Shown one piece after another: positions 35,726 through 44,681 of a DNA stretch of 64,000 bases (position 1 is the stretch's first letter; every line of letters begins with the position of its first letter). The translations under genes were made by a program, and so were the position numbers. Below the pieces are notes generated by a model, which saw nothing but the letters and a program-made list of their open reading frames with translations, was not told the DNA's origin and searched no databases. This DNA is from Candidatus Shapirobacteria bacterium (GTDB taxonomy: Bacteria; Patescibacteriota; Microgenomatia; UBA12405). The stretch lies in NCBI GenBank assembly GCA_041659325.1, contig JBAZYN010000002.1, positions 64,513-128,512 on the forward strand. The letters are read 5' to 3'.

Positions 35726-37036
35726 ATGGCTTTTGAGGATATGAAGAAATTGGTGTTGATAATTTTGAGCGTGCTATCTGTACTGGTTGCTAACTCCGTA
35801 CATGCGGTTGATCACCCACAGGGTAATTTTGTTTTGGCGGGGGGCAAAATCCGGATGACGGACGAGGCTGACCCGTTTGAAAGAATCGATAAGACTTTTT
35901 TTGCATCAATCATTGTCCCGGTAAAAGACGGAGAAATTAATTTTTTTAATACCAGACCAATCGATTTGGAGAGCGGTAGTCAGCACTTTGTCGGCAAAAT
36001 GGAGCTTAGTTTGAAGGGGAACTATGACAAGGAAACCGGTGTCATCAGTGCAAATTTCACTCAAAGCAATGAAAACTCCTATGAAAGAAAAACAGGTAAC
36101 GGAATACGGGTGGGTAGTGGTACTTCTGTTTTTGTGGGCACGGCCAAGGGAACAGTTATCGATAATCAGGTAGTACTGTCTTTTGAGGGAAAACTATCGG
36201 GCGAGTCCGTCTCTGAGGCAAATGACAAGCATGTGGATAATAATTCTTCTAATAATGTTCCTTGGGTAAAGAAAGTAGAGTTTGGAACTAGTGAATGGGT
36301 GGTACAGGCGGAAGAGGAAAAACAGGAGGCTGGAGAACCGCCCAGAGATTCGGGAATAAGAATGTCTGATGTATCAGGCCAGGTAGAAATCGCCTGCCCT
36401 CCCGACCTTGAGGCATGGGATGTACTGAAAATGGGCAGGGTTCTATATGTTGATTGTCATATTAAAACAGGAGAAAACAGCAAGGCGGTAATATCTTTCC
36501 CTGATATGACCACTTTTGAAATGAAGCCGGAGTCAGAAATAGTTTTGGACACTCCTCCGGAAAAAGATTCTAAATTAAAACTTTTGGCCGGGAATATATG
36601 GGCGAATGTTAAAAAAATGGTGAAAGACGGGACGATGGAGGTCCATATGGGTCAGGCGGTGGCGGGAATTAAGGGGACGACTTTTGTGCTGGAAGAAAGA
36701 GAAAATATGTCAACTCTGAAGGTGATTGAGGGGGGGGTGGCTTTTAAGTCTAAAGTCACAAATGATGAAAAATCGGTCAATCCGGGGGAAATGCTGTCGG
36801 CTACCAGTGCCGGGCTTGGAGAAATAAAGACATTTGATGTGGCAAGTGAAAGTGCTTTGTGGGAAAGTAACAAGCCGACAGCGGAGACAAACAAGAACAC
36901 TGACATTGGATCGACTTTGACTGAAAATACAGTTGATAAATCCGACGGGAAAAACTACACTCTACCGATAGCCGGTCTGGTAGTTTTCGGAATAGGTGGG
37001 TTTGTATTTCTTAAAAGAAAGCAATCTCGGTTATAG
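35726..37036 (+). CDS. secreted FecR-like domain protein with C-terminal membrane anchor
   Basis: Signal peptide; C-terminus LPIAGLVVFGIGGFVFLKRKQSRL (LPxAG-like motif, hydrophobic stretch, basic tail). Confidence 0.45.
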   Translation: MAFEDMKKLVLIILSVLSVLVANSVHAVDHPQGNFVLAGGKIRMTDEADPFERIDKTFFASIIVPVKDGEINFFNTRPIDLESGSQHFVGKMELSLKGNYDKETGVISANFTQSNENSYERKTGNGIRVGSGTSVFVGTAKGTVIDNQVVLSFEGKLSGESVSEANDKHVDNNSSNNVPWVKKVEFGTSEWVVQAEEEKQEAGEPPRDSGIRMSDVSGQVEIACPPDLEAWDVLKMGRVLYVDCHIKTGENSKAVISFPDMTTFEMKPESEIVLDTPPEKDSKLKLLAGNIWANVKKMVKDGTMEVHMGQAVAGIKGTTFVLEERENMSTLKVIEGGVAFKSKVTNDEKSVNPGEMLSATSAGLGEIKTFDVASESALWESNKPTAETNKNTDIGSTLTENTVDKSDGKNYTLPIAGLVVFGIGGFVFLKRKQSRL

Positions 37037-37077
37037 GGCTAAAAGGGGGCAAACAGAGTAGTTTTGACTGGTATAAT

Positions 37078-37947
37078 TTGAATGTGTCGTCAATATTTTT
37101 TGCTTGGGTTGCCGCTATCGCTTATGGTTTTTATTCTATTGTCGCCAAGTTAATCGGTGAATATAAACTTAAAAACACTTATCAATTCTCATTTTTTGTC
37201 ACCTTTTTTAGTGGTGTTGTTATGGCGATTGTATCTTATATCTACGGCGGAAGAATCCCTTCTAACTGGACCTATATTCTACTTGCCGCTATGTTCCTGG
37301 CGCTCGGAAATGCTCTTTACTTGTCCGCACTAAAAGTTTTAGATATTTCGGTTATGTCTCCACTCTTCAATTTACGGGTTGACAGTACAGCTCTGCTTGG
37401 GTTTCTCGTTTTGGGAGAGACTTTTTCATTGAAATCATTGAGTATAATCATTGTTATTTTTATTGCAGGATTTTTTTCTTCAATGGATGAAAAGTTTTCC
37501 ATTAAGTCATTTTTTGCTAAAAATATTGGTTTGGGCCTCTTTTTTATGTTGGTTCTTTCCATCCAATCGATATTTATTAACCGCGCCATAGACCAAACCA
37601 CTTATTGGACGGCGATACTTTGGATAAGCATTATGGCTGTCATTTTTTCCTTTGTCTTTCTTTATCCAAAATTCAAACATGACTTACGACGGACTAAAAC
37701 TAAAGATTACTTGGGAGTAGGGGTGTTGGCCATTATTGGTGGAGTTGGCGATCTTGCCGCTTTCAAAGCTTATGAAAGCAATGTCGGGTTGTCTTCGGTG
37801 ATTATTTCCCTACCGATTTCTATGATTATTGTTTTTATTCTTTCGATTTGGAAACCAACACTTTTAGAAAAACACTCCTTAAAAGTTTATTTCGTTCGGT
37901 TTGTTGCGGCTGGAACCATGATTTGGGGAGCGTTGCAACTCGGATAA
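37078..37947 (+). CDS. EamA/DMT family transporter
   Basis: 10 TM helices, duplicated EamA-like halves; the start TTG/GTG follows TATAAT immediately. Confidence 0.55.
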   Translation: MNVSSIFFAWVAAIAYGFYSIVAKLIGEYKLKNTYQFSFFVTFFSGVVMAIVSYIYGGRIPSNWTYILLAAMFLALGNALYLSALKVLDISVMSPLFNLRVDSTALLGFLVLGETFSLKSLSIIIVIFIAGFFSSMDEKFSIKSFFAKNIGLGLFFMLVLSIQSIFINRAIDQTTYWTAILWISIMAVIFSFVFLYPKFKHDLRRTKTKDYLGVGVLAIIGGVGDLAAFKAYESNVGLSSVIISLPISMIIVFILSIWKPTLLEKHSLKVYFVRFVAAGTMIWGALQLG

Positions 37948-37951
37948 AGTT

Positions 37952-37988
37952 CGTTAAAATAGGTTTAACTGCGTGAATGGTTCGCCGC
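37952..37988 (+). repeat. S-repeat copy 8 (short-spacer form)
   Basis: CGTTAAAATAGGTTTAACTGCGT GA ATGGTTCGCCGC, 5 nt after the EamA stop. Confidence 0.7.
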
Positions 37989-38020
37989 ACGAATTAAATG
38001 GTTTGATAAAATCAAGTATT

Positions 38021-38689
38021 ATGGAATTAAAAAACAAAACAGCGATTGTAACCGGAGGAAATTCCGGGTTAGGGTTACAGATAGTAAAAGAATTAAAAAA
38101 AAAGAAATGTCGGGTAATTGTAGTAGGAAGGAAGAATTCTGACTTAATTTGTGATTTGCGGGACTATAAACAAATTAAAGCACTAGAAAAAAAGATAGAT
38201 AAGGTCGATATATTGATTAACTGCGCCGGAATAGGCGCTCACCAAAAGCTCGAGGAGCATGATCCGGAAAATGTTGAAGATATCATCAAAACTAACTTAC
38301 TTGGAACCATATATATGACTCAACTAATTTTGCCGAAAATGATTTCACAAAACTCAGGAACGATATTAAATGTGTCGTCGACATCAGGGCTAATGACCGG
38401 TGGATACGGGAGCGAATCGGTTTATATGGCGAGTAAATACGGAGTAAGCGGTTTTAGTGAAGGGTTAAAAAAAGAAATGGAAGCAGAGAAAAATAATATT
38501 AAAGTAATCGGGTTTTATCCGGGGGGAATGAAGACTGAATTTTTTTCAAAAAACGGACAAGAGAAAGATACTTCAAGCTTTATGGATCCAAATGAAATTG
38601 CAAAAATAATTGTTTTTATATTGGAAAGACCTGATTCAATAAATATTGACCATATTGTGATAAATAGAAATAAAAATATTGTTAAATAG
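38021..38689 (+). CDS. short-chain dehydrogenase/reductase (SDR)
   Basis: TAIVTGGNSGLG cofactor motif and YMASK catalytic motif. The start is moved to ATG 38021, because the annotated 37973 start lies inside S-repeat box B. Confidence 0.8.
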   Translation: MELKNKTAIVTGGNSGLGLQIVKELKKKKCRVIVVGRKNSDLICDLRDYKQIKALEKKIDKVDILINCAGIGAHQKLEEHDPENVEDIIKTNLLGTIYMTQLILPKMISQNSGTILNVSSTSGLMTGGYGSESVYMASKYGVSGFSEGLKKEMEAEKNNIKVIGFYPGGMKTEFFSKNGQEKDTSSFMDPNEIAKIIVFILERPDSINIDHIVINRNKNIVK

Positions 38690-38869
38690 TGTTATTAGGA
38701 CAGAAAAATCCCGGACTCACCTGCTTTGGTCAACGTCGTGACGATTAAATTTATCGTTTCTTTGCTGTAAAATGTGAATATGGAAATTAAAAGAATTACC
38801 AAAGTAGATGGCAGTTGGATTTAATTGCCCGGGAATTGGTAGAATTAATCTTCTCGGTCTTGGCCGGGT

Positions 38870-40045
38870 ATGTTAGAAATTATTTCCGCGATGGACTATA
38901 AAGAAGAAGCATTAAAACAACATTTGAAGTTTGGGGGCAAAATTGAAATTAGAAGCAAGTTTCCGGAGATAAAAACCAAGGATGATTTGGCAGTCGCATA
39001 TACCCCGGGGGTGGCGGCAGTGTCTTCTTTTTTGGCGGCAAACCCAAGTGAGGCAGGTAAATATTCGATAAAGGGTAATACTATCGCAGTGATATCGGAT
39101 GGTTCGGCGGTATTGGGATTGGGTAATATCGGGCCTTTGGGGGCTTTGCCGGTAATGGAGGGCAAGGCGCTGTTGTTTAAAGAGTTTGGTGAGGTAGACG
39201 CATATCCGATTGTTTTGGCAACTCAGGATGTAGAAGAAATTATTAAGACAATAAAAGCAATTGCTCCGACTTTTGGAGGCATAAATCTGGAGGATATTTC
39301 TTCGCCGCGGTGTTTTGAGATTGAGGAAAGGCTAATAGCGGAATTGGACATTCCGGTTTTCCATGATGATCAGCACGGAACGGCCATTGTAGTTTTGGCG
39401 GCACTAATTAACAGCTTAAAACTGGTTGGAAAACAACCGGAACATATTAAAGTAATTATTGCCGGGGCGGGAGCAGCAGGAATGGCAACCACAAAACTTT
39501 TGGTTAAATACGGTATTAAAAATATAATTTTGGTCGACTCTAAGGGGGCGATAGCCAAGAACCGAAGTGATTTAAACGAGGAAAAAATGAAAATGCTGGA
39601 AATGACTAATCCGGAAAATGTTGAAGGCAGCCTGGAGGAGGTATTAAAAAATGCGGATGTATTTATCGGGGTAAGTACCGGCGGAATAATGAAGCCGGAG
39701 TTTATTGGAACGATGGCGGATAAACCAATAATTTTTGCGATGGCAAATCCAATTCCGGAAATAATGCCGGATGAGGCAGTTAAAAACGGAGCGTTTATTG
39801 TCGGGACCGGTAGAAGTGACTTTCCCAATCAAATAAATAATGTACTGGTTTTCCCGGGACTGTTTCGGGGAGTGCTGGATAATAGAATTAAACTAATTAG
39901 CGATGAACTGAAAATTGCGACAGCAAAAGTACTGGCAGATTATTTGCGCAAAGACGAATTGGCAGTGGACAGAATACTCCCCAGTGTTTTGGACAAAAAA
40001 GTGAGCATGGCCATCGCCCAAAGAGTGGCTGATTTCAAGGGATAG
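38870..40045 (+). CDS. NAD(P)-dependent malic enzyme (short form)
   Basis: AYTPGVA, GAGAAG dinucleotide motif, about 390 aa as in small malic enzymes. Confidence 0.85.
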   Translation: MLEIISAMDYKEEALKQHLKFGGKIEIRSKFPEIKTKDDLAVAYTPGVAAVSSFLAANPSEAGKYSIKGNTIAVISDGSAVLGLGNIGPLGALPVMEGKALLFKEFGEVDAYPIVLATQDVEEIIKTIKAIAPTFGGINLEDISSPRCFEIEERLIAELDIPVFHDDQHGTAIVVLAALINSLKLVGKQPEHIKVIIAGAGAAGMATTKLLVKYGIKNIILVDSKGAIAKNRSDLNEEKMKMLEMTNPENVEGSLEEVLKNADVFIGVSTGGIMKPEFIGTMADKPIIFAMANPIPEIMPDEAVKNGAFIVGTGRSDFPNQINNVLVFPGLFRGVLDNRIKLISDELKIATAKVLADYLRKDELAVDRILPSVLDKKVSMAIAQRVADFKG

Positions 40046-40092
40046 CGGTTTTTGAGTTTTTGACTTTTGGGATGAGGGGGATAAAATAAGGT

Positions 40093-40230
40093 GATGGAAG
40101 AAAATAAAAAAACCAGAATGATAGTGGTGGCGTTTTTACTGGTGATAGTGGTGGTGTCAAGCTTGGTGATGTTTAGCCTTTATAAGGCACAAGCGGCCAA
40201 GGCAGGACCAACAAAGACTATTACCCGCTA
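40093..40230 (+). CDS. possible small membrane protein (46 aa)
   Basis: ATG after an AAGGTG ribosome-binding site, single TM helix; not in the ORF track (<60 aa). Confidence 0.25.
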
Positions 40231-40267
40231 ACTTTTATAATTTAGTGTTAGTAATTAAACAAATTGA

Positions 40268-40802
40268 TATGAAAAAAGTAACTGTTTTGGGTTTGGTTAT
40301 ATTGTCGGTAGCAGCCCTTTCTGGCTGTACCCCGGGAAAAACGGTTAATGAAAAAATCGGTGAAGAAATGGCGGAAAGAGCATTCGAGGCACAAACAGGG
40401 GCAAAGGTGGATATTGATTCGCAGGGCGAGGATATTACCATAAAAACAGAAGAAGGGCAAACACAGTATTCAGCCGGAGGGCAGGCTAAGTTACCTGATA
40501 ATTTTCCCAAAGAATTGATTGTAAGTAATGATGCCAAAATTATTATGTCCTCTTCGTCGGGACAAAGTAGCACTGTTTCTTATATCACAGATGACGAGCA
40601 GGCGGTAATTGCGGAAAAATATATTGGAGGGCTAACGGGGCAGGGATGGGAAAAAGAAAGCGAGGTTAATATAAGCGGGGCAATTATGCTTGGCTTTAAC
40701 AAAGAGAAGATGAACGTGGCAGTTAATATCGGCGAAAATAGTACGAAGGAACAAGCAGGGAAAAGCTTTGTTAATGTCGTTTTTACGGTAGAGGAAGAAT
40801 AA
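40268..40802 (+). CDS. hypothetical lipoprotein
   Basis: Signal peptide with lipobox LSGC. Confidence 0.45.
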
Positions 40803-40832
40803 TTTTGATCGAAAAGAGAAGATAGGAGGTAA

Positions 40833-41480
40833 TTAGTCGAAGTGAGAGCCGTCGCAAAAGGGCTTATTTTTTGATTTACCGCAACGACAAAGGGTGACCC
40901 GATTGCGGATTTCATAAGTGGAACCATCAGAAGATTCGATGGGGACTCCCCCCTTGATGCAAAGCGGACCACCACTGGAAATTCCGATGGAAGGTTTTAA
41001 TTTTGGTTCGATCGATTTGTTGTTTTGTCGGTCACAGGCAACCAGGCGGCCGGAGGGGCAACAACAAGCTTCTTTGATGGCGGTTTTTTTGGATTCCGGG
41101 TCATCGGAATTTTCGGTTAGATTCCAGGTACCACTAGCCCGATCACAAAAACCCGCACCGGCGCATAGAGAAGCGGTATCTTTTAATATTAAATCCGGGC
41201 CGGTAATTTGATTGGCTTGATTGTCATACTTCTCTTTGGCCTCAGGGTTTTCGGTGCCGTCAAATTTGGTGCTATGATGAGAACCATCACAAAAAGGTTT
41301 ATTTTGGGACTGTCCACAGCGGCAAAGGGCATATGTTTCCCCGGTGGGAATAATTTTTCCTTTTTTGGTTTTTAGAGGAATTCCATCTTGGTCGTATTCA
41401 ACAATATCTTGATTTAATGGTAAATGGTCGGAGACTAAGTAAGGGCCATTTTTGGTGATTTTTATTTTTGCCATAAGCAA
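40833..41480 (-). CDS. CDGSH iron-sulfur domain protein
   Basis: Two CxC...CDGSH motifs (CRCGQSQNKPFCDGSH, CRCGKSKNKPFCDGSH). Confidence 0.7.
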   Translation of the reverse strand: MLMAKIKITKNGPYLVSDHLPLNQDIVEYDQDGIPLKTKKGKIIPTGETYALCRCGQSQNKPFCDGSHHSTKFDGTENPEAKEKYDNQANQITGPDLILKDTASLCAGAGFCDRASGTWNLTENSDDPESKKTAIKEACCCPSGRLVACDRQNNKSIEPKLKPSIGISSGGPLCIKGGVPIESSDGSTYEIRNRVTLCRCGKSKNKPFCDGSHFD

Positions 41481-41512
41481 TTATAGCTCTTGGTTGCAGT
41501 TTTAAAATCTAG

Positions 41513-41529
41513 TGCTACACTATGTAGTA
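41513..41529 (+). promoter_or_regulatory. operator palindrome GCTACACTATGTAGTAT (CopY/BlaI-type box) upstream of the repressor gene
   Basis: TACA...TGTA inverted repeat, identical to a second copy at 42885-42901. Confidence 0.55.
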
Positions 41530-41551
41530 TATGAAACAAAAGGGGGCAGAA

Positions 41552-41905
41552 ATGCTTGGTTCACTGCAAACCAAAGTAATGGATGTTTTGTGGGGAGCAG
41601 AAAAACCGTTAAAACCGGCAGAGGTTTTAGGTAAATTGGGAAATGGCTATGCCTACACTACAGTGATGACAATTTTAAAAAGATTGGCCGATAAGGGAAT
41701 TGTGGTGCGGAAAATGACGGGAAAAGTATATTTCTACTCGCCGTGTTCGTGCAAAGAAAAATTTATTAAAAAAAACCTATCGGGGATTATCGGAGGGCTG
41801 GTGAATTCTTACGGTGAAGCGGCAATTGCAAATTTTGTGGACGTGGTAAAAAACAACAAAGAAGATGTGGTTTTGTTAAAAAAATATCTTGAGTCTCAAG
41901 AATGA
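41552..41905 (+). CDS. BlaI/MecI/CopY-family transcriptional repressor
   Basis: Winged-helix N-terminus (VMDVLW...EV...TTVMTILKRLADKG); ATG at 41552 preceded by an AAGGGGG ribosome-binding site. Confidence 0.7.
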   Translation: MLGSLQTKVMDVLWGAEKPLKPAEVLGKLGNGYAYTTVMTILKRLADKGIVVRKMTGKVYFYSPCSCKEKFIKKNLSGIIGGLVNSYGEAAIANFVDVVKNNKEDVVLLKKYLESQE

Positions 41906-42855
41906 ATTACAAGAGATTAAACCTTATTTCCAATGTTTACTTTTTTTTGATTTTGTTTTCGGGGTTGCTGTATACGGCATTATTGATTACTGCCTCGCAA
42001 AAAATTGTTCCGGCACTAATAATGCAGATAATATTTTTCTTGGATGCCATTAAATTCGACAATAATGTTGTGGGGTTAATCACCTCCCGACTGTTTTTGC
42101 TGAATGTTGTCCCCGGGATTTTTTTAATAGGGCTGATGGTACGATTCGGCAAAACATTAATAAAGTCTTTAAAGAGTATTTCGTCTAATCACTTATTGTT
42201 TAAAGGTTTAGAAATAATTGAGTCAACCGAACAGTTTTTTAAATTCAAATCAGACGATGGTCTTGTTTTTACTTGCGGGTTTTTAAAACCAAAAATTTTT
42301 GTTTCTTCAGGCCTTTTTAAAACTCACAGCCAGGAAGAAATTACTGCCATAGTTCAACACGAAGTAAATCATAAAAATAACCTACACCCCTTTAAAATTT
42401 TTACGGCTAATTTTGTTAAATCTATTTTGCCGATAATTCCTTTAAAAAATTGGTTGATTGATAATTATTTGACTTTGGTTGAGGTGTCTTCCGACTTGTT
42501 TTCTGAAAATAAAATAAATAACAAGTTACCGTTGGTTTCGGCTTTATTGAAATTTCAAAACCGAAATTTTGAGCCAGCTGCGGCAGGAGTCAGCTATTTT
42601 AACAGCCAAAGTGAAAGAATTAAAATATTGGTTGGCCAAAAAAAACAGTTTATAAAGATTCCGATGGCCTATTATTCTCTTGTTTTGGTGGTTATGTTGT
42701 CGGGAGTATTAATGGTAAAAAACTCAAATATCTTTTTTGATTGCCAGCATTTGCTTAAATGTGTGGAGATACTGATGACTTCCAATAACCAGCCTCTTCT
42801 TAGCGTAGTAAGCCCCCAAAACAACACCTTTTCGCCTTCGGATCACTGTCAATAA
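41902..42855 (+). CDS. BlaR1-like M56-family membrane metalloprotease/sensor
   Basis: TM protein with HEVNHK (HExxH) zinc motif; overlaps the repressor gene by 4 nt. Confidence 0.6.
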   Translation: MNYKRLNLISNVYFFLILFSGLLYTALLITASQKIVPALIMQIIFFLDAIKFDNNVVGLITSRLFLLNVVPGIFLIGLMVRFGKTLIKSLKSISSNHLLFKGLEIIESTEQFFKFKSDDGLVFTCGFLKPKIFVSSGLFKTHSQEEITAIVQHEVNHKNNLHPFKIFTANFVKSILPIIPLKNWLIDNYLTLVEVSSDLFSENKINNKLPLVSALLKFQNRNFEPAAAGVSYFNSQSERIKILVGQKKQFIKIPMAYYSLVLVVMLSGVLMVKNSNIFFDCQHLLKCVEILMTSNNQPLLSVVSPQNNTFSPSDHCQ

Positions 42856-42864
42856 ACTTACCCC

Positions 42865-42901
42865 TTGACAGTATTTTTAGTACATACTACACTATGTAGT
42901 A
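42865..42901 (+). promoter_or_regulatory. promoter (-35 TTGACA at 42865-42870) with a second CopY/BlaI-type operator TACTACACTATGTAGTA over the -10 region
   Basis: Read directly; the ATG at 42901 follows immediately. Confidence 0.55.
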
Positions 42902-44433
42902 TGTTAAAATCAAAAACTTCGTTGCAAACCTCCACATACTACGTTCAGGGGATGCATTGCGCCTCCTGTGAGATATTGATTGAAAAGAAAATCATCAAAG
43001 AAGATTCGGTGGAGGCAGTTGACGCTTCCCTTTCTGAGGGAGCGGTGGTTATTAAGCATCGTGCCAATAGCAAAATTACACCGGAATACCTGAATAAAAT
43101 ATTTAAGGAGGATGGATATTGTTTTTCGTCGATACCTTTTAAAAAATCAAAGCGAGCGGCGGCTGACGGCGAATGTGTTGTTCCAAATGAAACCACCACC
43201 AATTCCTATACTCCAATAGTTATTGCGGCAGCTTTTATAATTGGTTATATACTCTTGTCTAAAACTGGTTTTTCTTCTCTGATTTCAGTTAATGGGCAAT
43301 CTTCTTTGCCCGTCTTTTTTTTGTTTGGACTATTGGCCGGAATCTCTAGCTGTGCGGCTTTGGTGGGTGGTATAATTTTGTCTTTAAGTAAGCAATGGCT
43401 CTCGATATATAGCCAAAATGATTCAACTTTAAAAAAGGCTGAGCCTCATTTTCTTTTTAATTTTGGCCGAGTTGTGGGTTATGGTGCTTTTGGGGGGATT
43501 TTGGGGGCAGCCGGTAATTTTTTTCGGTTATCACCAGTGTTTTCGGCCATGCTGGTTATCGCAGTTTCTTTGGTGATGGTTTTGTTGGGACTACAAATGA
43601 TCGGGGTTAAGGCCTTGCAGCGTTTTCAAATCCGCCTGCCAAAATCTTTAACAGGAAAGTTGTCGGATGAGTCGAACTTTCGTGGCCGCTTCGGGCCTTT
43701 TTTAATGGGGGCATTAACTTTCTTTTTACCGTGTGGATTTACAATTACTACCCAAGCTTTGGCATTGGCTTCCGGTAACCCACTTCAGGGAGCACTTATT
43801 ATGGGGATATTTGCTTTGGGTACAGTACCTGGTCTATTGGCAATAGGTCTAAGCAGTGTTAAGTTCTGTAGTAATCCTAAATCAGCCAGGCAGTTTTCTT
43901 TGATTGCCGGAATGCTGGTTCTCTTTTTTGCGGCTTTTAATATCAACACTCAGCTTTCGGTTTTGGGGGTATCTAATGTAGATGATCTTATTTCTAGCCC
44001 CTCAACTACCCAGGTGGGTAAATCTTTGGGTGAATTACCTCCTTTGGTTAACGGCACCCAGGTCGTCAAAATTGATGCTTCATCAAGCGGTTATACCCCC
44101 AACCGCATCCGCCTTCGAGCTAATACCCCCACCCGATGGGAGGTTTCAACAAACAATATCAGCGGCTGTACTAACGCTATTATTTCCCGCGGATTGTTTG
44201 ATGGGCAAATTGATTTGGTTGACGGCCAGGTTTCAACCAAAGAATTTACTTCTCCTAAGCCCGGGGTTTATAAATTCAGCTGCTGGATGGGGATGGTGAC
44301 CGGCACGGTGGAGGTGGTGGATGCATCCGGATCAACCGGAACCGATGTTAATACTCAACCGGTGGGCTCCGGGGCCAAGGGTTGCGGGTGTGGTGGTGGA
44401 TCTGCTGGTAACAGCACTTGTGGAGGAAGATAA
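42901..44433 (+). CDS. multidomain copper-handling membrane protein: HMA domain, CcdA/DsbD-like TM core, C-terminal cupredoxin-like domain and Cys/Gly tail
   Basis: MHCASCE metal-binding motif; about 8 TM helices with a CcdA-like pattern; the C-terminal approximately 100-aa domain (...C..G...F.P..PG.YKFSCWMG) is homologous to ORF 48110; tail GCGCGGGSAGNSTCGG. Confidence 0.55.
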   Translation: MLKSKTSLQTSTYYVQGMHCASCEILIEKKIIKEDSVEAVDASLSEGAVVIKHRANSKITPEYLNKIFKEDGYCFSSIPFKKSKRAAADGECVVPNETTTNSYTPIVIAAAFIIGYILLSKTGFSSLISVNGQSSLPVFFLFGLLAGISSCAALVGGIILSLSKQWLSIYSQNDSTLKKAEPHFLFNFGRVVGYGAFGGILGAAGNFFRLSPVFSAMLVIAVSLVMVLLGLQMIGVKALQRFQIRLPKSLTGKLSDESNFRGRFGPFLMGALTFFLPCGFTITTQALALASGNPLQGALIMGIFALGTVPGLLAIGLSSVKFCSNPKSARQFSLIAGMLVLFFAAFNINTQLSVLGVSNVDDLISSPSTTQVGKSLGELPPLVNGTQVVKIDASSSGYTPNRIRLRANTPTRWEVSTNNISGCTNAIISRGLFDGQIDLVDGQVSTKEFTSPKPGVYKFSCWMGMVTGTVEVVDASGSTGTDVNTQPVGSGAKGCGCGGGSAGNSTCGGR

Positions 44434-44461
44434 TTATTATTAAATTAATTACAAAAAACAT

Positions 44462-44680
44462 ATGATAAATGAAAACATTACCCTTAGCGTTCCCGATATG
44501 CATTGCGATTCCTGCCCCAAGTTGATAAAAATAACCCTGATGGAAATGGAAGGGGTTGAGGAAGTTTCTGCTTCACTTGATAGTAAAACTGTAGTGGTAA
44601 GTTTCGATCCACGAAAAACGTCTACTGAAGCACTTATTAGTTCCATTAAGGAAATAGGCTATACGGCCAGTCTTAAATAA
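44462..44680 (+). CDS. copZ: copper chaperone CopZ (HMA domain)
   Basis: 72 aa, MHCDSC metal-binding motif. Confidence 0.8.
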   Translation: MINENITLSVPDMHCDSCPKLIKITLMEMEGVEEVSASLDSKTVVVSFDPRKTSTEALISSIKEIGYTASLK

Positions 44681-44681
44681 A

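Noticed and set aside
14202-37988. Canonical integron attC sites for the S-repeat family
   Set aside because: The outer boxes do resemble the RYYYAAC inverse core (TTCTAAC) and a GTT-containing right end. But box A and box B are direct repeats (GGTTCTAAC / GGTTCGCC), not inverted and complementary, so the attC bottom-strand hairpin cannot form. I keep 'integron-like' as an analogy only.
14202-37988. CRISPR array
   Set aside because: The repeat copies are 1-7 kb apart and irregularly spaced, with whole genes between them and variable internal spacers. That is not the short-repeat, short-spacer periodicity of CRISPR.
37973-38020. SDR gene start at 37973 (MNGSPHELNG...)
   Set aside because: That ATG and the following codons are S-repeat box B (ATGGTTCGCCGC). 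The canonical SDR N-terminus M-x-LKNKTAIVTGG begins at ATG 38021.
42865-42900. ORF-track start of the HMA protein at 42865
   Set aside because: The TTG is part of the TTGACA -35 hexamer, and the following codons are the operator palindrome. ATG 42901 gives the expected HMA N-terminus.
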